This document shows, piece after piece, positions 1 to 12,063 of a DNA stretch of 64,000 bases. The stretch is from an uncultured Phycisphaerales bacterium (GTDB lineage Bacteria > Planctomycetota > Phycisphaerae > Sedimentisphaerales > Anaerobacaceae), in assembly GCA_963772725.1 (NCBI GenBank), contig CAVYYI010000005.1, positions 160,001 through 224,000 on the forward strand, read 5' to 3'. How positions within the stretch are numbered: position 1 is the stretch's first letter; each line of letters starts with the position of its first letter. Made by a program: the position numbers and the translations under genes. The notes beneath the pieces were generated by a model. It was given only the letters and a program-made list of their open reading frames with translations, was not told the DNA's origin and ran no database searches.

Positions 1-454
1 TATTGTACTCATCGAAACTATGTTCACCGACCGAAAGCGTTACTGCAACATCAAAGTCCGTCTTTATGTCTTCAATTATTTTTTTAAGCCAGACATCGTT
101 AATGCCGTCATCCTCACCGGATTGAAGAACCAAAGTCTTTATACCGGTAGAAACGATATCCTGCACGGCGGCGATTATTTCTTCCCTGCTGAGCCTGTAT
201 CGCTGGAGAGTCGTGTTATTCTTATTCAGGCCGCAATAAAAACAGGTATTACGACAAATGTTGGAAAATTCCACAATAGCCCTCAGCAGGATTTCATCAC
301 CGACAAAATTCTGCCTAACCCTGTCGGCATAGTCAAACAGCATAGAGGTTTCGCTTTCATCCTGCAAATCAAGCAGATATGCAATATCATCTATGTCGGG
401 CAGCTCGCTGTCATACACCCTGTCAAGAACATATTGTGTCCTGTTTTTGTTCAT
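1..454 (-). CDS. hydE: [FeFe]-hydrogenase maturase HydE (radical SAM), 3' end beyond window
   Basis: Hand translation from ATG 454: MNKNRTQYVLDRVYDSELPD...LRAIVEFSNICRNTCFYCGL...LVLQSGED. CxxxCxxC motif; directly downstream of hydG. Confidence 0.8.
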   Translation of the reverse strand, partial: MNKNRTQYVLDRVYDSELPDIDDIAYLLDLQDESETSMLFDYADRVRQNFVGDEILLRAIVEFSNICRNTCFYCGLNKNNTTLQRYRLSREEIIAAVQDIVSTGIKTLVLQSGEDDGINDVWLKKIIEDIKTDFDVAVTLSVGEHSFDEYN

Positions 455-465
455 CGCTTCGCTTA

Positions 466-1976
466 TTAAAAATACATATCCCTTTGCCCGCTGCTGGTCT
501 GCTCATAGAATTTCATAAACATCTCGTAGAACGAAGGCAGTTTTACTTTTACTTCATCAATTTCTTTCTCGATAAGTTTTTCACCAACGGCTTTTGTTTC
601 GGCGCTGGCGAAATCATCGAGCCATTCTCTGAAAGTTATTACCGCGTTGAGTTTGCAGAACTGCCCCTCTTTGCCGCTTCGCAGCAGTCCCATTATCCGG
701 TCGCCGGTTCTCCCGCATCTGTAACCCGCTGTACAAAATGAGGTTATGAAACCGGCCTGTGCCAACTCACGAACAACAACATCAAGGCTTCTGGTATCCC
801 CGAGGATAAACTGCTGCTTTTCGCCTTCCTGGCATCACCGCTGTCGGCATAAGCTCCGATTCCTATTTTTGTAGAAGCGTCCGTTTGCGTGCATCCAAGC
901 GGTATCATCTGTCTCCGCATTTCCGCGTCTTCACGCGCAGTAAGAATCATACCGGTATATGGTACAGCCAGCCTGATAACCGTAACAAGTTTTCTAAAGT
1001 CTGCATTGTTAACCAGGTACCTTGAGTTTTGTGTAAAAGGCGTATTGTCCGCAGGCTCAAGACGCGGAAAGGAAATAGTATGCGGACCTATGCCAAACTT
1101 TTTTTCAAGCTCAATGGCGTGATGCAGAAGCGCCATCACTTCAAATTTCCAGTCGTATAATCCAAACAGTACGCCAAGACCGACATCATCGCAGCCTGCC
1201 TCCATCGCTCGATGCATCGCGTAAAGCCGCCAGAGATAATCACCTTTAATCGTGTTGGCCGGATGCAGCTCCCGATAGGTCAGGCGATGGTACGTTTCCT
1301 GAAAGACCTGGAATGTCCCTATTCCGGCTTCGTGCAGCACCTTCAATTCCTCAATCGGCATCGGTGCGGCATTGACATTGCATCGTCTAATCTGCGCAAC
1401 GCCGCGACGTGTTTTAACTTTAACTTCATAAATCGTTCTGAGTGTCGAGGCAATATAATCCACATCTGATTTCGGATGTTCGCCAAATACCAGTATAAGG
1501 CGCTTATGCCCGATTTGACCGGCGAGAACCTCGGTCTCCCTTTTTATCTCGTCGAGAGACAGCATTCTTCTTACGGCATTTTTATTGCTGCACCGAAAGC
1601 CGCAATATAAACAATTATTCACACAAAAATTACTCAGATAAAGCGGAGCAAACGTAACAATCCTGTTGTCATAAACACGCTTTTTTACCTCTCCTGCCGC
1701 GAGTTCCATCTCTTCCAATAATTGTTTATCCTCAACCTCAAGCAAACAAGCCGTCTCATCGGGTGTAAGCGTTTCAATCGCAAGAGATTTAGCCAGAATG
1801 TCACGAACTCTTTGTGCATCTGGGTTTTTATCGCGATTAAGCTGCTGCTCTATCGCGTTATCATCGATAAAGCATTTGCCGTCAGCAAGATATTTAGATA
1901 TTTGCTCGGGGTTTATGCGTTGCCGGCACCACGTTTTTATATTAACAGTTTTTTTGGGAACAGTTCCGCTTACCAT
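466..1976 (-). CDS. hydG: [FeFe]-hydrogenase maturase HydG (one frameshift near 830)
   Basis: FAPLYLSNFCVNNCLYCGF, FQETYH, GPHTISFPRLEPA; the C-terminal piece carries SFCTAGYRCGRTG...FCKLNA. Confidence 0.88.
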
Positions 1977-1992
1977 ATTTCAGCCTTCTTAA

Positions 1993-3759
<1,767 letters not shown>

Positions 3760-3762
3760 ATT

Positions 3763-6700
3763 CTAAGCATTCCTTTCAGAATCTAATACCTTGCCGTAAT
3801 CGCATCTTAAACATCTTTTCGCCTGTCTGATTGCCTCATGCTCTACCCACGATTGTTCAATCTCTTCGAAGTTGTTGCGTCTTCTCTCAAGAGCAAGCAG
3901 CGGCATCTTCTCACGTGGATATGGAACAGGGTCGGCATTGACATCAAAAGCCGTATCAACAAGCTGCTCGCTTCGCCAGAAGGCGTGGTTGGCTCCGGTT
4001 AGATATTCATCGATACCGACAGCCGCCCTTTCACCTGCCGCAACTGCATGAATTACCGATAAAGGCCCGCTCGCCGCATCGCCGCCTGCGAAGACCCACG
4101 GCATCGCCGTCTGGCCTGTTAACGGGTCTGCCATTATTCGGTATCCGCTTACCGGCTGCAATTCATCACGGTCGAAAAGCTGTGATGAATCAAGCGTCTG
4201 ACCGCACGCGAATATCACCATGTCGGCATCTAACAACCAGGCTCTGGCCGTTCTTTACGGGCTTGCGCCTTCCGGTGCTGTCAAAACCGCCGAGTTTCAT
4301 CGCGTGACATTTAACAGCTTTCACTTTGCCGTTTTCGGTAATTATCTCTTCCGGATTGGTAAGCTCTTTTATCTTCACTCCTTCAAGCAGAGATTCGCTT
4401 ATCTCTTCCATAAACGCGGGCATATCCGCCTGAGTTCTTCTGTAAACAATGGTAACATTTTTCGCGCCAAGCCTTACAGCCGTACGCGCAGCATCTATCG
4501 CGGCATTGCCGCCGCCGATGACAACAACCTTCTGACAGACCTCGACAGAGCCCTTCAGTCTGTATGTCCGCAAAAAGCTCATCGCATCGGTTACGCCCTG
4601 GGCGTCACTGCCTGGGATTTTCAGCCTTACTCCAATTTGGGCAGCCGACTCCAAGAAATACGGCTTCGTATCCTTCATCGCGCAGACTCGACAGCGTAAA
4701 ATCCTTACCAAGCCGTTTGCCGGTCAGTATATCAACTCCCATTTTTTCTATCATTCGAATTTCTCTTGCGACTACTTCATGCGGCAAACGATAAGAAGGT
4801 ATCGTCTGAACAAGCATTCCGCCGGGTCTTTGTTCGGCCTCAAAAACTTTTGGCCTGTACCCAAGGCGGGCAAGAAAATACGCACAGGAAAGTCCCGCCG
4901 GTCCTGAGCCGATAATTGCGATTTTGCGTTTGGCATTAACGGGATTTTCCCGCACTTCCGGCAGTTGAATTGTAATTTCCTGGTCTGCCATAAATCGCTT
5001 TACACCTCGAACGCATACGGCAGTGTCAAGTGTCGCTCTTCTGCATTTGCTTTCGCAGATATGAAAGCACACTCGACCACATATCGATGCGAAAGGATTG
5101 CGGTTTCTATGCAGACGTAAAGCCTCAGCATATCTTTTTTCCGCGACAAGCGAAACAAACCCTGGGACATCGACGTGTGCCGGACAGGCACTCTGGCACG
5201 GAGCGCGAACGAGTCTCGGACATACACCCGCCTCGCAGCGTTTTTCAACTATATGCGCCTCATACTCATGCCTGAAATGTCTGATTGTTGACAAAACCGG
5301 ATTCGGTGCGGTCTGCCCAAGACCGCACAGTGCGGTATTTTTTATCTGGTTGCCGAGTTCTATAAGTGTTTCAATGTCACCTTCCTGGCCTTTGCCTTCG
5401 CAGATTCTATTTAGAATCTCCAGCATTCGCTTTGTGCCGACGCGGCACGGTACGCATTTGCCGCAGGATTCTTCCTGTACAAATTCAAGGAAATATCTCG
5501 CGACATCGACCATGCAGGTGTTTTCATCCATTACAATAAGGCCGCCTGAACCCATAATCGCCCCGAGTTTATCCAGCGATTCATAATCGAGCGGTACGTT
5601 CAAGATGCTGCCTCGGAATACATCCGCCGGAAGGCCCGCCGATTTGCGCCGCCTTGAACTCTTTGCCGTTCGGTATTCCGTCGCCGATATCATATATCAG
5701 CTCACCGAGAGTCGTCCCTACCGGAACTTCCACAAGACCTGCGTTTTGTATCGCGCCGGCAAGAGCGAAAACTTTCGTGCCTTTGCTGCCTTCGGTACCG
5801 TATGAGGCAAACCACTGGCCGCCCTTGAGAATTATTGTCGGTACATTCGCAAACGTTTCTACATTGTTCAATACCGTAGGCTTATCCCACAGGCCTCTTA
5901 CCGCCGGGAATGGCGGGCGAGAACGCGGTTCGCCGCGTTTGCCTTCTATCGATGCCATCAGCGCCGTTTCTTCGCCGCAGACAAAAGCGCCGGAACCCAT
6001 TCTAATTTCCAAGTTGAAGGAAAAATCAGTCCCGAAAATATTTTTACCTAAAAGGCCGATTTCTTTAGCGTCGTCAATGGCTTTTTGCAGCCGCTGAACC
6101 GCCAGCGGATACTCGGCACGAACATAAACATAACCCTGCGCCGCACCAATAGCGTAAGCCCCTATCGCCATACCTTCTATAACACTGTGCGGGTCGCCTT
6201 CAAGAACGCTTCTATCCATAAACGCCCCCGGGTCACCTTCATCGCCGTTGCACAAAATGTATTTGGTATCGCTGACGCTCTTTTTAGCGAAAGACCACTT
6301 CATCCACGTGGGAAAACCAGCGCCTCCCCTGCCGCGAAGACCGGATTTTTTCATTTCCTCGATGACATTATCAGTGCCAAATTCAGTTAAAACTTTTGCC
6401 ATCGCCTGGTAGCCCTGTGCGCCGATGTATGCTTCTATGCTGTATGGGTCGATTTTCCCGCAGCGGCCAAGAACAACCTTTGTCTGCCTGTTAAAAAATT
6501 CTATATCTTTTAAGGTAAAGGCGGCATTGCCGTTTTCATCCTTTTTCCATGCAAGCCTTTTGACAGGCTGACGGCCAATGATATGTTTGGTGACGATTTC
6601 CTCCGCGTCTTTGGGTTTTACTTCCTGATAAAACACATCATCCTTTACTACCATTGCAACCGGTCCGCGTGCGCAAGGTCCCAGGCAACCGGTACCGACC

Positions 6701-6897
6701 ACGCTGATGTTCTTTTCCAATCCATGTTTTTTCAAAGCGGCCTCAAACGCCTCTTTGACTTTTAAAGACCCTGAGGCGAGACAGCCGCCGCCGATGCATA
6801 CAAATATTTTGTCATCGCACATGGCGCCCTTCTTCTTTACGGATTCATAAAGTCCGTAAAGGTCTGTTACATTATTAATCTTCTTTTTACCAGTCAC
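3763..6897 (-). CDS. NuoF/HydB flavoprotein fused to a GltD/NfnL-like FAD oxidoreductase (frameshifted)
   Basis: [23 protein letters not shown] and [10 protein letters not shown], then in the same [16 protein letters not shown] and IIGSGPAG; later fragments carry [10 protein letters not shown] and CLRCD. Confidence 0.85.
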
Positions 6898-6918
6898 TTT
6901 TTCAACTCCTTATTCTTA

Positions 6919-7428
6919 TTATGCCTTTTTCCTGTATGAATCCAATATATCCGCCAGGCCACTTACTTTGACCCGCTGATGCACATCGTCATTGACCATA
7001 ATCACAGGCGCCAATCCACATGCGCCGAAACACCTGCCGATATCCAGCGAAAAAACCCTGTCCTCAGTGGTCTGTCCGACATCGATGCCAAGCTCTTTTT
7101 TCATTCCGTCAAGTATCCCTTTGCCGCCGCGGACATAACATGCCGTACCCAAACAGACTCTTATAAGAAATTTGCCGCGAGGCACAGTTGAAAAAAATGA
7201 ATAAAAACCTATGACGCCGCAAACCTCGCTGTATGGTATGTTCAGCCCATCACTGATTTTTTTAATCGCTGCTTCCGGCAAGTAGCCGAACATTCCCTGC
7301 GCAATCTGAAGTACCGGTATCAGCGCTCCCGACACATTTTTATAATCAGACAAAACTCCGTCTAATTGCGCCAACATCTGCTCTTGTGAAACCTGGCCGC
7401 AACAATTGCAGCCTTCATTATGTGACAT
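6919..7428 (-). CDS. NuoE/HydC 2Fe-2S subunit
   Basis: VCLGTACYVRG...CFGACGLAPV. Confidence 0.9.
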   Translation of the reverse strand: MSHNEGCNCCGQVSQEQMLAQLDGVLSDYKNVSGALIPVLQIAQGMFGYLPEAAIKKISDGLNIPYSEVCGVIGFYSFFSTVPRGKFLIRVCLGTACYVRGGKGILDGMKKELGIDVGQTTEDRVFSLDIGRCFGACGLAPVIMVNDDVHQRVKVSGLADILDSYRKKA

Positions 7429-7475
7429 ATAAAATTCTCCTTTGCAAAAATCCTGACTCTAATCCGATATTGTTT

Positions 7476-9404
7476 CTATTGCTTCAGCAGGCAAAAAATA
7501 AACGAGTTGCCCTTCTCCTTCGGTTCTACCCATATCTTGCCGCCGTGCGTTTCTATAATTTCCCTGGTTATGAATAAACCCAGGCCAGTACCTTTGGTAT
7601 GGCGGGTCTGCTCATTATCCAGGCGCGAAAACCTTTTGAACAATTTTTCTTTCTGCTGCTCCGTAATCGGCACGGAATCGTTGTACACTTCCACCCGTAC
7701 CTCGTTGTCGGCGTCGGAGGCGTTCATAATAATGTTGCCGTATTCAGTACCGTAGGTAATCGCATTGACAACAAGATTATTCGCCACTATCTGCATCAAA
7801 TCGGCATCCGCGTTGACTTCAATATCCGGTGAAATCCTGTTGTCAATGGTTATACTTTTTCTCTGCGCCACAGGAATAAGCGCATCGATAGTCATATCAA
7901 ATACGTCTTTCCTCAGTTTAATAAGGCTCTTATTGGCCTTTAAATCGCCTTTTTCTATCTTGCCGAGATTAAGAAATTTTTTAACCGTGGCGGACAAATA
8001 ATCCAGGTTTCGCGACACCGCTTCCAGTGCATTTTTCTGTTTGTCGTTTAGAGGCCCAAGATACCCGTCTCGCACTGAATAGGCATGAATAACAACAGAG
8101 GACAGAATACCCTTCAATTCATGCGACACAAAACCAATCAAATCGATGTAACGCTTATTTAAATCAGCAAGCTTTTCGTTGGATATCCAAAGACTTTTCT
8201 CACGCTCCTCAAGCTTTTCCGACATATGATTGAAAGATTTAACAAGTTGATTCAGTTCCTTCAATTCACTTTGGGTTTCAACTATATGGCCAAGCTCGCC
8301 CTCGGAAAGTTTGCCGGCAGCCTGAACCACCAGCCTGACCGGCTTGGTAATCTGCCCGGATAAAATAACTGAAGTCGCTATCGCCAATAAGGTTACACCG
8401 GCCGTAATCAGAAGGAAAATAATAATGCAGTTCCTTGCTATATCGGCAAAGGGCTTTTCGAGTATGCCTACGTAAAGCATCCCGATAATCTTATCGTCGA
8501 CCCCTCTTATCGGCTCATAAGCCGTCTTATACCAGCCATTTACCACAAACGCCCTGTTTATCCACGGCTGGCCCTTTTCAAGCACCTGTTTATAGACTTC
8601 TTCAGAAACACGTGTCCCGATAGCGCGGCTGCCGTCACTATTACACACATTGGTCGATATGCGAAGGTCTTCCTGAAAAATCGTAACAGTCCCTATCTCT
8701 TTGCCGCCATATTTGGTATCCAAGTAAATGACAGACTTAATTTTATCCACAATATCATAGTTTTTGTTCAGCAGATTACCGCCGTATAATACACCTATAA
8801 CGCGTCCGTCAGAATCCAGAACGGGAGCTGCGGATTTTATCATCATACCCTGGGTATATGCGACATTAGGGGCAGGTTTGGCTTTCGCCGTGGGAACCAC
8901 CTTAATATGAGCCCGTTCTTTAAGGTCCATGCCCTCTTTTGCGAGTTCAGCTTCTGTAACTATTACAGTCGCGCTTAAAGCCGTTTTTCCTGATAAGACT
9001 CTTTTTACAAGCTCATCACCTGCCTGGCTGTCATCTTTAACAGACGGATTTCGCGACCGGATGATAACTTTACCATGACCATCAACAAGCGTAAGTACAT
9101 CCAGATGCTCCTGCCGCCTTATCTCACTTAAACTGTCCTGAAGCATCGCTGAATCATTCTTTAAAATCGCGTCCTTAATAAAAAATCGCCCCGTTGTAAA
9201 CCGCACAACATCCTCGACCCTGCGGGTCTGCTCATGGTAAACCTCGCGAGCAAAATTAAGATAGACCGCCACCTTAGCCTGGGCTCTGTCTATTACCTGT
9301 TTCTTTATGACAAAATACCCCGCAAGCGCCATCAGCACCGAGAAAACCCCGATGATTGAGACACAGCTTATCAGTATTCTTGTTTTGAAGGATTTTATGG
9401 TCAT
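7476..9404 (-). CDS. Cache-HAMP sensor histidine kinase
   Basis: Two TM helices, H-box VSHELKG, N-box NLVVNAI, G-box GTGLGL; periplasmic RISTNV/RAIGT cache-type motifs. Confidence 0.88.
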   Translation of the reverse strand: MTIKSFKTRILISCVSIIGVFSVLMALAGYFVIKKQVIDRAQAKVAVYLNFAREVYHEQTRRVEDVVRFTTGRFFIKDAILKNDSAMLQDSLSEIRRQEHLDVLTLVDGHGKVIIRSRNPSVKDDSQAGDELVKRVLSGKTALSATVIVTEAELAKEGMDLKERAHIKVVPTAKAKPAPNVAYTQGMMIKSAAPVLDSDGRVIGVLYGGNLLNKNYDIVDKIKSVIYLDTKYGGKEIGTVTIFQEDLRISTNVCNSDGSRAIGTRVSEEVYKQVLEKGQPWINRAFVVNGWYKTAYEPIRGVDDKIIGMLYVGILEKPFADIARNCIIIFLLITAGVTLLAIATSVILSGQITKPVRLVVQAAGKLSEGELGHIVETQSELKELNQLVKSFNHMSEKLEEREKSLWISNEKLADLNKRYIDLIGFVSHELKGILSSVVIHAYSVRDGYLGPLNDKQKNALEAVSRNLDYLSATVKKFLNLGKIEKGDLKANKSLIKLRKDVFDMTIDALIPVAQRKSITIDNRISPDIEVNADADLMQIVANNLVVNAITYGTEYGNIIMNASDADNEVRVEVYNDSVPITEQQKEKLFKRFSRLDNEQTRHTKGTGLGLFITREIIETHGGKIWVEPKEKGNSFIFCLLKQ

Positions 9405-9412
9405 GCGATTAT

Positions 9413-10030
9413 CTATGACTCCGCCCCGATATTCGTAAAATAGATTATGTTTTCCAGTTCCGTCTCGAGGCTCAAATTTCGTACCACGCAGCCCACCGGC
9501 GCCTTAAGGCATATAGGGGCAAAATTCAAAATCCCTTTCATGCCGGCATTGAGCATAACATCGAGAACATCCTGTGCCGCAACCTCAGGAACGGCTATAA
9601 TGCCGAACCGAATCGAATTTTTAGACGCATATTCGTTCAGCTCTTCGTACGATAATATTGGAACTTCCGCGTCTCTGTCATGCTTAGTTTTGTCAGTATC
9701 AAAACCTGCGATAATGTATATATCGTTCCTGCGAAAACCCGCGTAATTTAAAAGTGCCCGCCCGATATTGCCAACTCCGACAATAACAAACTGCTGTACT
9801 TTGTCTTTACCCAAAACCTTATTTAATTGCCCAATCAGGTCAACTATGGGATAGCCTCCGCGTCCGCTGCCTGAGATGCCGCACATGGAAAAATCTTTAC
9901 GCACCTGGGCAGCAGTAACTCCGGTAGCATCCGCAAGGTTCTCAGAAAATACTTTCACAAAGTTTAGTCCCTTAAGTCTCAGTACGGCGTTTCGGTATCT
10001 GGAAAGCCGGGTTATACAGGTAGTATTCAT
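9413..10030 (-). CDS. rex: Redox-sensing repressor Rex (copy 1)
   Basis: RLSRY, QVRKDFS, GVGNIGRAL, GILNFAP. Confidence 0.9.
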   Translation of the reverse strand: MNTTCITRLSRYRNAVLRLKGLNFVKVFSENLADATGVTAAQVRKDFSMCGISGSGRGGYPIVDLIGQLNKVLGKDKVQQFVIVGVGNIGRALLNYAGFRRNDIYIIAGFDTDKTKHDRDAEVPILSYEELNEYASKNSIRFGIIAVPEVAAQDVLDVMLNAGMKGILNFAPICLKAPVGCVVRNLSLETELENIIYFTNIGAES

Positions 10031-10149
10031 CTTTTTAATCCTAATAAATTCTTTTATTCATTATTATGTTAACCTTAAGAGCCTTATCTGCACTCTTTAT
10101 ATTAATTCTGTAAATGATAGCAATATTTAAAACCTAAATCAATACTTTT

Positions 10150-10167
10150 CTGTGAAATTTTTCACAT
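10150..10167. promoter_or_regulatory. Putative Rex operator
   Basis: cTGTGAA-attt-TTCACAt matches the TTGTGAA-N4-TTCACAA consensus, upstream of the rex-kinase-hyd genes. Confidence 0.75.
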
Positions 10168-10290
10168 CATATTGAATATTTTGTTCATTATTGTTCCTTA
10201 TGGTGCATTTAATTTAGCTTATAATGAAGAAAATGCGTGTAACTGTATTTATTACAAAGACTTACAAGAATTGCGATAACAGTCTGGGGA

Positions 10291-10926
10291 TTATTCCGCT
10301 TGCTGGCCGCTCTTTTCAGCGATATTAACAAAGTATATTATATTCTCGATTTCCGATTCAAAGCTGATATTGCTTACAACACAACCCTCAGGTCCTCGCA
10401 GGCAAATAGGGGCAAAATTCAAAATCCCCTTTATTCCAGCGGAAACCATACGCACAAAAACCTGCTGAGCGGCGAAATCCGGGGTAGAAATAATGCCGTA
10501 TTTAATCTGATTTTTTTGAACAAAATCGTGAAGCTCTTCGATAGGCAGTACCGGAATTTGGGCCTGCCTGTCATATTTAGAAGAGTCGATATCGAATGCC
10601 GCAACTATCTTTATATTGCTTGTTGAAAAACCGGGATAATTGAGCAGCGCCCTGCCGAGATTGCCCGCGCCCACTTCGATAAACTGGTGTTCCTTGTCCT
10701 TATCCAGAACCCTGTTAAGTCCCCTGGTAAGTTCGTCAATACGGTAACCGCCCTTTTTGTTGCCGGAAATCCCGAAAATTGAAAAATCCTTTCGTACCTG
10801 CGAGGATGAACCCCCCGTAGCATCCGCCAGATTATCCGAAAAAACCTTCTCAAAACTAAGCGCTTTAAGCCTTATAAGGGCATACCTGTATCGGGAGAGT
10901 CTTATTATGGCGTTTTTGTCCGGCAT
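10291..10926 (-). CDS. rex: Redox-sensing repressor Rex (copy 2)
   Basis: RLSRY, QVRKDFS, GAGNLGRAL, GILNFAP. Confidence 0.9.
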   Translation of the reverse strand: MPDKNAIIRLSRYRYALIRLKALSFEKVFSDNLADATGGSSSQVRKDFSIFGISGNKKGGYRIDELTRGLNRVLDKDKEHQFIEVGAGNLGRALLNYPGFSTSNIKIVAAFDIDSSKYDRQAQIPVLPIEELHDFVQKNQIKYGIISTPDFAAQQVFVRMVSAGIKGILNFAPICLRGPEGCVVSNISFESEIENIIYFVNIAEKSGQQAE

Positions 10927-11106
10927 ATTGACCTCATTTCAATGAACCTTTTTTCCTCTTTTTCTTCGCACAAAACCGTATTATATCGCCAAAAACCCCA
11001 AATGCTAAATCATTGTTGTGAAAATTTTTATATTTTTTCGAAATTTTGCATTTTTCAAACCAACTATCCATTTGAAAGTAGATGTAGGCGAACTATAATT
11101 ATAAAA

Positions 11107-12012
11107 TCAGAAGTTTTCCACGACGACGGCAGTGTGTATCGCTATGAGCATAAGGTAATCGAGGTCACTGAGGGAGTAATGCTCGTGAGCCATATCATTG
11201 TCAATATATAATACGCCAAAACAGCCTGTTTGTCCCACAATCGGAGCTATCATCGCCGAACGTATCAGTGTTTTGCCATCTTCGGCAGGCGGTATCCGGG
11301 GCATAAGTATAAATTGATTTTTTTCGACCGCAAGAGCGATTTTGTCCTGGTGTTTGATTTCTTTTAATTCTATAGAAGAACCGTCCTGCTGCCTGCCTGC
11401 TCCGAAGGTCATATCGCCTTTCGGCTGAGTTCTCAGTGCGCACCAGGTATGAGAGGCGTTGAACTGCTTTCTCGCAATGTTTAATAAAACGTGAAGAACC
11501 TCATCGGGGCCTTTTGCCTTACAGATAGCCTCTGTGGCCTGCATAAAGTCCTTTGCCCGTTTTGCCGGCAGTGTAATATCGGGGGCGTGATCGGCAATGG
11601 CCGACCTCACGATAATCTGCTGCTTATCCTCGGCCATCGCGGTAGTTAGGGTGTCTTCCATACTATACGCTGTTTTTGAAGCTATCTCTTCAAAACCCGT
11701 TTTTTTCGCTGAATTATCATCCTCATCTATATTAATCTCAATATCGAAATTGGCGATGCGGACATGGTCTCCGCTCTTAATTTCGTTTTTTTTAATTACT
11801 TTGTTATTCAGATATGTTTTATTCGCAGAGTCAAGGTCTTCTATCATCCATCTGCCATCCGCGGTCTTATAGACAACGGCGTGGTTTCTCGAAACCACTC
11901 TGTCGGGCAGAAAAACCTGGCTGTCCTTATGCCTTCCAATGTAAACAGGGCTTCGTCCGCATTGGAATTCATTGACAACGATTCCACCTTGTCTTACGAC
12001 CAGTCGCATCAA
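11107..12012 (-). CDS. FHA domain protein with C-terminal GAF-like domain
   Basis: IGR...VSRNHA...DLDSANKT FHA motifs; SAMIAPI...GVLYIDN GAF-like end. Confidence 0.8.
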   Translation of the reverse strand: MMRLVVRQGGIVVNEFQCGRSPVYIGRHKDSQVFLPDRVVSRNHAVVYKTADGRWMIEDLDSANKTYLNNKVIKKNEIKSGDHVRIANFDIEINIDEDDNSAKKTGFEEIASKTAYSMEDTLTTAMAEDKQQIIVRSAIADHAPDITLPAKRAKDFMQATEAICKAKGPDEVLHVLLNIARKQFNASHTWCALRTQPKGDMTFGAGRQQDGSSIELKEIKHQDKIALAVEKNQFILMPRIPPAEDGKTLIRSAMIAPIVGQTGCFGVLYIDNDMAHEHYSLSDLDYLMLIAIHTAVVVENF

Positions 12013-12063
12013 ATACCCTCCCTGAATTTAGCTTTCCAGGTTAATTATATTATATGCAATTTA

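Noticed and set aside
20..469. Plus-strand 149-aa ORF and the other antisense ORFs in the track
   Set aside because: They are shadows of well-supported opposite-strand genes (here hydE).
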